Below, in pieces: positions 9,153 through 17,238 of a DNA stretch of 30,247 bases; position 1 is the first letter of the stretch, and every line of letters begins with the position of its first letter. The position numbers and the translations under genes are program-made. This DNA comes from an uncultured Flavobacteriaceae bacterium (GTDB taxonomy: Bacteria > Bacteroidota > Bacteroidia > B-17B0 > Aurantibacillaceae): assembly GCA_964653165.1 (NCBI GenBank), contig CAZZEI010000014.1, positions 1-30,247 on the forward strand. The letters run 5' to 3'. The notes beneath the pieces were generated by a model. That model made no database searches. It had not been told where the DNA came from and saw nothing but the letters and a program-made list of their open reading frames with translations.

Positions 9153-10040
9153 ATGTCAATACACACTCAATTAAAAGGAACCGGAGTTGCAATTATTACT
9201 CCGTTTACAAAAAGCGGTAAAGTTGATTTTGCCGGATTAACGAAAGTTATTAATCAGATAATTAAAGGTAAGGCAGATTATATTGTTGCCTTGGGTACTA
9301 CCGGAGAGACTGCTACTTTAAGTACAGAAGAGAAAATGCAGGTTGTTGCACATATCATTAACGAAAACAAGAAACGCGTCCCACTGGTTTTAGGTATTGG
9401 GGGTAATAATACCCAGGAAGTAATTGATACTATAAAGCACGTTAATTTAACTCCTTTCATTGCCATACTTTCTGTTTCACCATATTACAACAAACCTTCT
9501 CAACAAGGAATATATGAGCATTACAAAGCAATTGCTAAATCAACTACAAAGCCAATCATATTATACAATGTTCCGGCAAGGACTGCTTCTAACATAACCG
9601 CAGAAACAACTTTAAAGCTTGCTAACGATTTCAAAAATATTGTTGCGGTAAAAGAAGCATCAGGAAATTTGGAACAATGCATGAGCATTATTAAAAATAA
9701 ACCTAAAAACTTTTTAGTAATCAGTGGCGACGATAATTTAACCTTACCGCTTTTAGCTTGTGGTGCTGATGGTGTTATTTCTGTTTTGGCGAATGCATTT
9801 CCTAAAGATTTTTCTGAAATGGTTCGTTGTGGATTAAAGGGAGATTTTGAATCAGCTCGCAAACTTCATTACAAGACATTCGAAATTACCAATCAATTGT
9901 TTGCTGATGGCAATCCGGGTGGTGTTAAATGCGCACTTGATTTATTAAAAATATGTGGTCCCGATGTACGTTTACCATTGGTAAAACCAAATGAGGGCGT
10001 ACAGAAAAGGATGAAGGAATTGATTTCTTCTTATAAATAA
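9153..10040 (+). CDS. dapA: 4-hydroxy-tetrahydrodipicolinate synthase
   Basis: 295 aa. Motifs GVAIITPFT, ALGTTGETATLSTEEK and YNVPARTA are characteristic of DapA/NAL-family (β/α)8 lyases. Confidence 0.9.
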   Translation: MSIHTQLKGTGVAIITPFTKSGKVDFAGLTKVINQIIKGKADYIVALGTTGETATLSTEEKMQVVAHIINENKKRVPLVLGIGGNNTQEVIDTIKHVNLTPFIAILSVSPYYNKPSQQGIYEHYKAIAKSTTKPIILYNVPARTASNITAETTLKLANDFKNIVAVKEASGNLEQCMSIIKNKPKNFLVISGDDNLTLPLLACGADGVISVLANAFPKDFSEMVRCGLKGDFESARKLHYKTFEITNQLFADGNPGGVKCALDLLKICGPDVRLPLVKPNEGVQKRMKELISSYK

Positions 10041-10052
10041 AATCTAAATCTT

Positions 10053-10082
10053 GTCAGTTCGAGCGTAGTCGAGAACTGGTGT
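10053..10082. repeat. Intergenic copy of GC-rich short repeat CTTGTCAGTTCGAGCGTAGTCGAGAAC
   Basis: Matches at 25 of 26 positions the unit ctgtcagttcgagcggagtcgagaac at 11832-11857 inside queG. Sits in the 55-bp convergent gap between dapA and selD. Confidence 0.55.
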
Positions 10083-10095
10083 AATCTCAAATGGT

Positions 10096-11124
10096 TTAAG
10101 AAAGATAAATTTGTTTTTCTTTCTTCCTGGTTATCTTCCCAATACAAGTAGATTCCTGTTTGTTTTCCTTAAGCACTCTCTCAAATTCTTCTTTTTTATT
10201 TCCACTCACTAAAATAAGTAAACCGCCCGAAGTTTGTGGGTCACATAAAGTAATAAAATCTAAACCGTTTAATCCGTTTACTTTTTCTTTTACTGAATTA
10301 TAATTGCGCGTTGTATTATCGGGGTAAATAAATTCTGTCACATATTTTGCTGTCCCTTCTAAAAGCGGAATTTTATTTATTTCAATATCTGCCGAATGTC
10401 CAGTATTTTCAAGCATCTCACAAAGGTGACCCAATAAGCCAAAACCGGTTACGTCTGTCATTGCATTTACATAATCGAGCTCTCCGCACACAGCGCCAAA
10501 AGTATTCAGCGTTGTCATATTTTTTAGCAGAATGGGGTAGTGTTCCTGATTTAATTTCTCTCTCTTTAATGCTGTCGCCAAAATACCTGAACCAATTGCT
10601 TTTGTCAAAAACAACAAATCTCCTTCTTTGCAAGTATTATTTTTCTTGATGTTTTGTTTTTGTATAATTCCTGTTACAGCCAGTCCAAAAATCGGTTCGG
10701 CACTATCTATGCTGTGTCCGCCTGCTAAGGGAATGTTTATTTTTTTGCAGATTTCTGTAGCACCTTGCAAAACACGTTGTGCTTCTGCCACGGGAATTTT
10801 TTCTACGGGCCACCCTAAAATTGCTACAGCCATCAATGGTTTTCCGCCCATTGCGTATACATCGCTTAAAGCGTTGGTTGCTGCTATTTGTCCGAAATCA
10901 AATGCATCATCAACTATTGGCATAAAAAAATCGGTAGTACTTATAATGCATTGATTATTTCCTATATCATAAATAGCTGCATCATCGTTGCTTTCGTTTC
11001 CTACTAATAAATTTTTATCTTTTAGTGAAGTTAGCCCCGATAAAATTTCCTGCAATACTTGCGGGGCAATTTTACAACCACACCCTGCGGCTTTGCTATA
11101 CTGTGTTAATTTAATTTCTCTCAT
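10096..11124 (-). CDS. selD: Selenide, water dikinase (selenophosphate synthetase), Cys-type
   Basis: N-terminal IKLTQYSKAAGCGCKIAPQVL matches the SelD active-site loop (E. coli …TQYSHGAGCGCKISPKVL). AIR-synthase-related fold motifs are present downstream. Starts 1 bp after the queG stop. Confidence 0.9.
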   Translation of the reverse strand: MREIKLTQYSKAAGCGCKIAPQVLQEILSGLTSLKDKNLLVGNESNDDAAIYDIGNNQCIISTTDFFMPIVDDAFDFGQIAATNALSDVYAMGGKPLMAVAILGWPVEKIPVAEAQRVLQGATEICKKINIPLAGGHSIDSAEPIFGLAVTGIIQKQNIKKNNTCKEGDLLFLTKAIGSGILATALKREKLNQEHYPILLKNMTTLNTFGAVCGELDYVNAMTDVTGFGLLGHLCEMLENTGHSADIEINKIPLLEGTAKYVTEFIYPDNTTRNYNSVKEKVNGLNGLDFITLCDPQTSGGLLILVSGNKKEEFERVLKENKQESTCIGKITRKKEKQIYLS

Positions 11125-11125
11125 A

Positions 11126-12145
11126 TTATTTTTTAATAAAATCTATGTTTCTTTTTAATCCTTTGAACCCTGTTCTTTTAACTGCAGAATTCGTAAAAAC
11201 TTTTTTAAATGTTTCTTCTGTTATTTCATGCCACTCTTTTTCACTCCAATTCTGTAAATTGTGTTCGTTATTAAACAATGGTTCTGAGTGTGGTTTACTG
11301 AAACGGTTCCACGGGCATACATCCTGGCAAATATCGCAGCCAAATACCCAGTTATCCATCGTACTGTTAAATTCTGTTGGAATATTTTCTTTTAATTCAA
11401 TAGTTAAATACGAAATGCATTTACTTCCGTCAACTACATAAGGTCCAACAATTGCTTGCGTGGGACAAGCGTCAATACATTTAGTACAGGTGCCGCAATA
11501 ATCTTTTATAGGAGAATCATATTCTAAATCAACATCAATAATTAATTCTGCAATAAAATAAAAGGAACCACTGTCTTTGTTAATAATGTTTGTGTTTTTT
11601 CCCATCCAACCTAATCCGCTTTTTTGAGCCCATGCTTTATCCATGACAGGGGCAGAGTCAACAAAACAACGACCGTTTATATCTCCAATTTCTTTTTTTA
11701 AAATTTCGAGAAATGTTTTGCATTTTTCTTTTATCACTAAATGATAATCTGTCCCGTAAGCATATTTTGATATTTTGTGTGCAGAATTATTGTCAGTTCG
11801 AGAGTAATCACCCTCAGTTCTAAGGTAATCACTGTCAGTTCGAGCGGAGTCGAGAACCGAAACAGAGCCACCGTCATCCTGAGCTTGTCGAAGGACAGGA
11901 TAATAATTCAGCAACAACGAAACCACACTCTTTGCTCCATCAACCAGCAAGCGTGGATCTAGGCGTTTATCAAAATAATTTTCCATGTACTTCATCTCGC
12001 CCTGCATATTTTTAGTGAGCCATGTTTCAAGGCGAGGAGCTTCTTCTTCTAAAAATGCTGCTTTAGAAATGCCACAATAATCAAAACCCAAAGATTTTGC
12101 AGTTTCTTTAATCAGAGATGTGTATTTTGTTTTATTTTCGAACAT
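11126..12145 (-). CDS. queG: Epoxyqueuosine reductase (tRNA queuosine biosynthesis) carrying an in-frame repeat-element insertion
   Basis: Two 4Fe-4S ferredoxin CxxCxxCxxxCP motifs ([21 protein letters not shown]). Also has the [12 protein letters not shown] and [18 protein letters not shown] regions typical of QueG. An extra segment [39 protein letters not shown] sits between NYYP and HKISKY. Confidence 0.85.
   Translation of the reverse strand: MFENKTKYTSLIKETAKSLGFDYCGISKAAFLEEEAPRLETWLTKNMQGEMKYMENYFDKRLDPRLLVDGAKSVVSLLLNYYPVLRQAQDDGGSVSVLDSARTDSDYLRTEGDYSRTDNNSAHKISKYAYGTDYHLVIKEKCKTFLEILKKEIGDINGRCFVDSAPVMDKAWAQKSGLGWMGKNTNIINKDSGSFYFIAELIIDVDLEYDSPIKDYCGTCTKCIDACPTQAIVGPYVVDGSKCISYLTIELKENIPTEFNSTMDNWVFGCDICQDVCPWNRFSKPHSEPLFNNEHNLQNWSEKEWHEITEETFKKVFTNSAVKRTGFKGLKRNIDFIKK
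11790..11898. repeat. 108-bp GC-rich composite repeat inserted in-frame in queG: three tandem about 23-bp units (TGTCAGTTCGAGAGTAATCACCC / TCAGTTCTAAGGTAATCAC / TGTCAGTTCGAGCGGAGTCGAGAAC) plus CGTCATCCTGAGCTTGTCGAAGGACAGG
   Basis: Locally elevated GC. Internal direct repeats are visible. The last unit matches the intergenic copy at 10053-10082. Length 108 is divisible by 3 and adds 36 codons without a stop. Confidence 0.6.
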
Positions 12146-12147
12146 TC

Positions 12148-13263
12148 TTAATTTGTAATTCTTAATTCATAACTCGTACTTCTTCCCCCTGCTTTTTCTT
12201 TTTTAAGTATTTTTTTATCCAACAAGTCTTGCACATCTCTCAGTGCAGTGTCATTAGAGCATTTGCACATTTTCGCCCATTTACTCGAAGTAAATTTTCC
12301 TTCAAAACCATCCTGCAATTTATTCAGCATGTATCTTTGTCTTTCGTTTAATGAAGTAGTGGAATGTTTGTCCCAGAATTTTGCTTTTCTCAAAACACGC
12401 TCAAGAGTTGTGCTCGTGGCCATTATTGCTTGGTGTAAGCAATCCAGATACCAATTTAACCATTCGCTTACATCTAAGTTTCCTTTTTGTGTTTTTTCTA
12501 ATGTATCATAATAACCTTTTCGTTGCAATCTTATTTGCGACGACATGCTGTAAAATCGTTGATTAGTTTCATCGGCTCGGGCAAGTAACATATCGGCAAG
12601 TGCACGCGCTATTCTTCCGTTACCATCTTGAAATGGGTGAACTGTTATAAACCATAAATGTGCAAGGCCTGACTTTAATAAAGGATCCATTTTACTCTTG
12701 GCATTAAACCAATTTAAAAATAGTTTCATTTCTTTTTCTACAAACTTTGCCGGCGGTGCTTCAAAGGGAACTTTTTCTTTTCCGAGTGCCCCTGATACTA
12801 CTTGCATAGGCCCCGTAGAATCATCACGCCATTTAGCTGTCACTATTTTATACATGCCACTTTTACCTCCCGGAAATAAGGAGCCGTGCCAATCAAACAA
12901 ACGTTCTTTGCTTAATGGTTTTTGATAACTCTGTGTAGCATCCAGCATCATCTCAACTACGCCGTTGGTATGATGATCTGAGTATACAAGTCCGGGAACA
13001 TCCATGCCTAAATGTCTGGCTATGGATGAACGTACTACTTGCATATTTAAAAATTCTCCTTCTATTTCATTTGATTTTAAGACATCCAATGTTAGTGTTT
13101 CTAATATAGCTTCCTGGCGTAGTTTAAAACCAAGACCTTCCATTTTACCCAAAAGTCTTCCTTGCAGGTATCTTAATTGACCTGCTTTATAATTCAAAGT
13201 TTCAGCGTCCCAGGTAAAAGTTGGCCAGTTTTTTTGCTGATGTATGTATATTAATCTCCGCAT
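12148..13263 (-). CDS. fic: Fic/DOC-family protein (AMPylation-type fold) with C-terminal winged-HTH-like domain
   Basis: Canonical Fic motif [14 protein letters not shown] (HPFx[D/E]GNGR) in the 371-aa product. The basic C-terminal tail [33 protein letters not shown] resembles the wHTH of long Fic proteins. Stop is 2 bp upstream of the queG start. Confidence 0.85.
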   Translation of the reverse strand: MRRLIYIHQQKNWPTFTWDAETLNYKAGQLRYLQGRLLGKMEGLGFKLRQEAILETLTLDVLKSNEIEGEFLNMQVVRSSIARHLGMDVPGLVYSDHHTNGVVEMMLDATQSYQKPLSKERLFDWHGSLFPGGKSGMYKIVTAKWRDDSTGPMQVVSGALGKEKVPFEAPPAKFVEKEMKLFLNWFNAKSKMDPLLKSGLAHLWFITVHPFQDGNGRIARALADMLLARADETNQRFYSMSSQIRLQRKGYYDTLEKTQKGNLDVSEWLNWYLDCLHQAIMATSTTLERVLRKAKFWDKHSTTSLNERQRYMLNKLQDGFEGKFTSSKWAKMCKCSNDTALRDVQDLLDKKILKKEKAGGRSTSYELRITN

Positions 13264-13350
13264 AATATGCGGTAAATATACATCCTATTCTCCGCATCTC
13301 CAAATTTATTCTCCGCATATTTGCGGAGATTAAGGCATTTATTCTCCGCT
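13255..13350. promoter_or_regulatory. Operator-like array: four TCTCCGC(A) direct repeats and two palindromes (TCTCCGCATAATATGCGG overlapping the fic ATG; TCTCCGCATATTTGCGGAGA) in the fic promoter
   Basis: tctccgc at 13255, 13289, 13312 and 13343. The perfect 8-bp inverted arms tctccgca/tgcggaga sit at 13312-13331. The palindrome ccgcat-aat-atgcgg at 13258-13272 contains the fic start codon (13261-13263). Confidence 0.4.
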
Positions 13351-13461
13351 AACCCCAATTAAAACCGGTTGTGCAAAAGCGCGATACATCGTAGGTATGT
13401 AAAGACCAAATCTATTAAAGGCTACTGTCTGCATGATAAAAGAATGGAGGGGGCTCTTGAT

Positions 13462-13863
13462 TTAATATATCTTAAACGAAATGCCCTTTTTTATAATTTT
13501 AGTACTTCCATTAGGCATTTTAACTTTAATTAAGCTAAAAAAGAGCTTCGAGCCTTTTTTGAGTTTAAAAAGAAGGCTTCTTTGATCCGAATTAAGGGAT
13601 GAGCCAAAGGCACTTGCTTCTCCACTTTCAGAACCTTGAGAAATGGACATTTCAAATGAAAGTACTTCAAGCGATTGAGATTCGCCTGCTAGGCGCACAG
13701 TAATTCCTCCGCCTGCCCTGGCTTCATTGAGACTTATATTTCCTCCCGGTTTTCCAAAAAAGGTAACGTCAAATTCGGGTTGAACGATTTTTTTTGGAGC
13801 AACGGTTTGCGAGTTTGCAACGAAGGCAAAAAGCAATAAACTAAATGCTAAAATGTATTTCAT
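13462..13863 (-). CDS. Small secreted hypothetical protein (signal peptide, Ser/Gly-rich)
   Basis: 133 aa. MKYILAFSLLLFAFVANSQ is a typical Sec signal peptide. No recognisable catalytic motif. Sits 19 bp downstream of the fused membrane/SpdS-like gene on the same strand. Confidence 0.55.
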   Translation of the reverse strand: MKYILAFSLLLFAFVANSQTVAPKKIVQPEFDVTFFGKPGGNISLNEARAGGGITVRLAGESQSLEVLSFEMSISQGSESGEASAFGSSLNSDQRSLLFKLKKGSKLFFSLIKVKMPNGSTKIIKKGISFKIY

Positions 13864-13882
13864 GGTATTTCAAATATAATTC

Positions 13883-15376
13883 TTAATTCGGATACTTTAT
13901 AAAATTTGTCAAATAGGAGTAACGCCATCTCTTCGCCGCCTGCGCATTGGCAAATTCAAGCATGGGATGTAAATCTGTATTTACTGGAATTGTACTTAAT
14001 TCCGGAATTATTTCATCTAGCTGAGCCAATAAATTCTGCTCAATAGGTTTTATGGATGCAAAAATTTCAAAATTCCTGTAATCTTCTTGTTTTTTATCGC
14101 CTACGTAACAGATTTTAAAAACAAGTTCGGCTTTTTTTAATGTATTCAATAAAATTAAATTTCCGTAAGCAGTTTTATCTGCAAGATAACCATAGGTATT
14201 AATTGCAATAACTCCGTTTTCATTCAGTAAAGATTTTATTTTTTCAAAACTTTCAAGGCTTAATACATGCGAGGGGGTTATTTCTGCATGAAACAAATCA
14301 ATCATTACTAAATCAAATTTTTTATTCATGCTGTATAACCCATGTCGCGCGTCATCATGAATTACTTCAATACCGGGATTTAAATTAAAATATTTTTTTG
14401 CAATGGAAATAATTCTTTCATCTAATTCAATTGCAGTTACTTTAATATTTTCTTTACATAAATCATTTGCCAGCACTCCTCCGCCCAATCCAAGCAGCAG
14501 CGCAGTTTTTGGTGAATTGCCAATTAGAGCTATGTTTTTTTGTTGCAGTTGCGTATAATCTAATCTCGACTCACCTGTTTTTAGGTTTATACTTGATTGG
14601 GTGACATTGTTTATTAAAAGTGTGCGACAAGTTTCGGGCAAGGTATTTTTATCTTTCTGATACAACATATCCTTCACTTCTAATCTGCCAAGTAAGCCTT
14701 CAGCTAAATAAACAGAGTTAGATTTTTTATTTGCACTATACAAAATTGAAAATGCACAAAGCAGATAAATGAAAACTGAAATATATTTTTTTCCTTTGAT
14801 AAAATAAAAAAAGGGAAAAATTGCCAGCAAAGCAGAAACAAAAAACAAAGAATAATGTAAACCCCATTGTGGAATTAAGTAGAAGCCTGTAAGAAAACAA
14901 AATAGAATTCCGCCAAGCGTAGAAATTGCAAAAACTTCTCCGGCTTTTTTTCCGCTTTCTTCTTTTGTCTCGGTTAATGATTTAATTAGTAGGGGAGATA
15001 CCATGCCCATTAAAAATAAAGGTGGCAATAATACAACAGCGCTACTCATCAACACTGCTGGAATTAAAAAAGTAAAAGTCGCCAGGTAAATAAAGAATGG
15101 AGAAAAAAACGGCAGACAACACATGTAGATGGCCGCCAGCAATACAATTCGGAATAAAATATTTTCATGATTTTCTTTTTGCGATAATCTGCCTCCAAAA
15201 AAGTACCCAAAGGCTAATCCTGCCAGAGTAAGAGCCATAACGCAGGTCCATACATATAGCGAAGTACCAAAATAGGGGGATAAAAGTTTCGCGCCAATTA
15301 ATTCGGTAGCCATTACAGCACCACCTTCGGTAAATGAAAGCGAGTATAAAAAGTATTTTTTTCGTGAACTTATCAC
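13883..15376 (-). CDS. Fused polytopic membrane domain + spermidine-synthase-like (class I SAM-MTase/aminopropyltransferase fold) protein
   Basis: N-terminal SFTEGGAVMATELIGAKLLSPYFGTSLYVWTCVMALTL and about 7 TM segments, conserved in the 'fused MFS/spermidine synthase' family. C-terminal LLLGLGGGVLANDL…VTAIELDERII…DLVMIDLF is a spermidine-synthase-like nucleotide-binding core. Its start abuts the upstream GT39 stop (0-bp gap). Confidence 0.7.
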   Translation of the reverse strand: MISSRKKYFLYSLSFTEGGAVMATELIGAKLLSPYFGTSLYVWTCVMALTLAGLAFGYFFGGRLSQKENHENILFRIVLLAAIYMCCLPFFSPFFIYLATFTFLIPAVLMSSAVVLLPPLFLMGMVSPLLIKSLTETKEESGKKAGEVFAISTLGGILFCFLTGFYLIPQWGLHYSLFFVSALLAIFPFFYFIKGKKYISVFIYLLCAFSILYSANKKSNSVYLAEGLLGRLEVKDMLYQKDKNTLPETCRTLLINNVTQSSINLKTGESRLDYTQLQQKNIALIGNSPKTALLLGLGGGVLANDLCKENIKVTAIELDERIISIAKKYFNLNPGIEVIHDDARHGLYSMNKKFDLVMIDLFHAEITPSHVLSLESFEKIKSLLNENGVIAINTYGYLADKTAYGNLILLNTLKKAELVFKICYVGDKKQEDYRNFEIFASIKPIEQNLLAQLDEIIPELSTIPVNTDLHPMLEFANAQAAKRWRYSYLTNFIKYPN

Positions 15377-17023
15377 TTATTTGATTTTCTCAAACACAAC
15401 AACCTGAAAACGTGGGTCGGTAGAAATATGATTTTGTTGCAAAGTATACATCGCGAGCCTCCGCTGAAAATAATCTGCAGTAACGGTATACTTATTTAAT
15501 TTGGGCCTGTAACCATAATGACTTTCCCAAACAATAATAGCGCCTAAAGGAGCTTTCTCTAAGGAAAGACTATCCATATAAACTTGATTTTTATAAACAC
15601 CGTGTTTTTTTCTATCGTAAAAATATTTAAAGAGTGTGTGGTTAACATAAATAGTTCTTTCCTGCTCTGTATATTTTTTTGAAATAAGCGAAGTAGTAAT
15701 TTTCTCCATAGTAATATCCTCAGGAGTTTGTTTGAAAGGCTTAACAGAAACTAAAACAAATAATAAAGCAATTACAAAATAGGCAGTGATAAGATTTTTC
15801 TGTTTTGGTATAGCAATCAAACAAAGAACAGAGGCAAGTGAAAAAAGCAATGGAATATAATCATGTACAGCAGGCTCACCGGTTTGTCTGTCGGGTTCTG
15901 TAAGTAATAAAACGTTGTTGTGGCGATAGCTTAAAAATATTCCAATAAGTAATAAATAAACTGCTGCCCCTGCCCAAATAACCTGCTTCTTTGTAATGTA
16001 TTTGTAACGATCCATCGCAACACAACCTAAAATCATAACAAGCGGAGCAATGGCATCCATATAACGAAGGTTGCCGCCCGTGGAAGCGCCGATTTTTACA
16101 CTCTCCCAGTTAAAAATGCAATGCGTTAAAAAATAAATTATAAAAGGAATTGAGATAAATAAAAGCGAGTTTGATTTATCTGTACTCGTTGGATAATCTT
16201 TTGCATATTCTTCCTGTTTAAATAATTTCATTTTTTTAGCGACAAAAATTAAAACAAACAGAATGAGTAAAAAGCATTGTGCTGCTCCCCAAATAACTAT
16301 TCCCATTTTAAAATAATGATCAAACCCTTGTCGAGGCCACTCATCAGCGTATTTAGCTGCTGTTTTGGCGCTTGATGTAAGTAAATACAAAGGCTCGCCT
16401 GTTACCATATAACCCCATACGTTGTTTATTATAGGAAATAGACCAAGTAAGAAAAAACAAGCCCATCTTTTATTTAATGCGTGCCATACTCCGTAAATAG
16501 GAATAAGTAATAAAAATTCCTGACGAATAATTCCTGCAAAAGAAAGTATAAGGGAGGCGGTAACATATTTTTTATTGTAATGAAAAAGTAATGCTAAAGC
16601 AATTACAAATCCACTAAAAGTATCGGCGTAGTTGCGGAACGAAAGTTGTATCCAGTAAGGTTGAAGTGCTAGCATAAAAAATGCAAGCCAAGCAAATTTA
16701 CTTCCTATACGTTTGGTTACTTTAAATGTAAGGTAACAAGTAAAGGCAGTTATAAAGCAATTAAAATAGATTAGAAATTTATTGCCAAGCAAAGAGGGGA
16801 GGACATAAATAAGTTTGTAACCTGTTTTTGCGGAGTTACCCAAAATAATATTCGGGTTGTTCCAAAACTCGCGCATGTTAAAGTAATGTCCTATTTCATC
16901 ATGCTGGTAAAAGCCCGTCGAAAAAAGCGAATACGTTACATAACTCAAAAAAACTCCCAGTGTTAACCAAAGAGCCCTTTTATCGTCTGATTGCAGTTTG
17001 GTGCTTGCTAATGCTGTGGTCAT
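15377..17023 (-). CDS. GT-C glycosyltransferase, family 39/83-like (PMT/ArnT-type dolichyl/undecaprenyl-phosphate-sugar transferase)
   Basis: 548 aa and polytopic. First periplasmic loop carries FYQHDEIGHYF (the DE motif of PMT/ArnT-type GT-C enzymes). Multiple TM helices throughout and a soluble C-terminal about 120 aa. Confidence 0.65.
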   Translation of the reverse strand: MTTALASTKLQSDDKRALWLTLGVFLSYVTYSLFSTGFYQHDEIGHYFNMREFWNNPNIILGNSAKTGYKLIYVLPSLLGNKFLIYFNCFITAFTCYLTFKVTKRIGSKFAWLAFFMLALQPYWIQLSFRNYADTFSGFVIALALLFHYNKKYVTASLILSFAGIIRQEFLLLIPIYGVWHALNKRWACFFLLGLFPIINNVWGYMVTGEPLYLLTSSAKTAAKYADEWPRQGFDHYFKMGIVIWGAAQCFLLILFVLIFVAKKMKLFKQEEYAKDYPTSTDKSNSLLFISIPFIIYFLTHCIFNWESVKIGASTGGNLRYMDAIAPLVMILGCVAMDRYKYITKKQVIWAGAAVYLLLIGIFLSYRHNNVLLLTEPDRQTGEPAVHDYIPLLFSLASVLCLIAIPKQKNLITAYFVIALLFVLVSVKPFKQTPEDITMEKITTSLISKKYTEQERTIYVNHTLFKYFYDRKKHGVYKNQVYMDSLSLEKAPLGAIIVWESHYGYRPKLNKYTVTADYFQRRLAMYTLQQNHISTDPRFQVVVFEKIK

Positions 17024-17084
17024 AATGGCAAATGTAGGGATATTTTAATTGAAAGATGAAGTCAAAATAGAAGTTGCTGTTTGC

Positions 17085-17170
17085 GTTAGTGATTGCAGCG
17101 AAAAGCCCGCAACGAGTTGTTGGGAGTGAGGACTTGTAGCGTAATGCGCGACCCCGAGCGAGTGATAAAC
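17085..17170. other. GC-rich island (possible diverged CGAGCG-type repeat or small ncRNA) in serC–GT39 intergenic region
   Basis: tgcagcgaaaagcccgcaacgagttgttgggagtgaggacttgtagcgtaatgcgcgaccccgagcgagtg is much more GC-rich than its flanks. It shares cttgt…agcg / cgagcg motifs with the 10053 and 11790 repeats. No convincing ORF (the 70-aa track ORF is low complexity). Confidence 0.25.
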
Positions 17171-17238
17171 TTATACTAGGGAAAAATGACAATTCGCCCC
17201 GGGGGAACGTCCAAATTAAAATACTTTAGCAAAAAACA

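Noticed and set aside
10347-10954. 100-, 71- and 108-aa ORFs overlapping selD on both strands
   Set aside because: selD is unambiguous (GCGCK loop, full-length). These are frame-shifted or antisense artefacts.
16980-17192. 70-aa minus ORF across the GC-rich island
   Set aside because: It overlaps the GT39 start and has low-complexity sequence. The GC-rich segment looks more like a repeat or RNA than coding.
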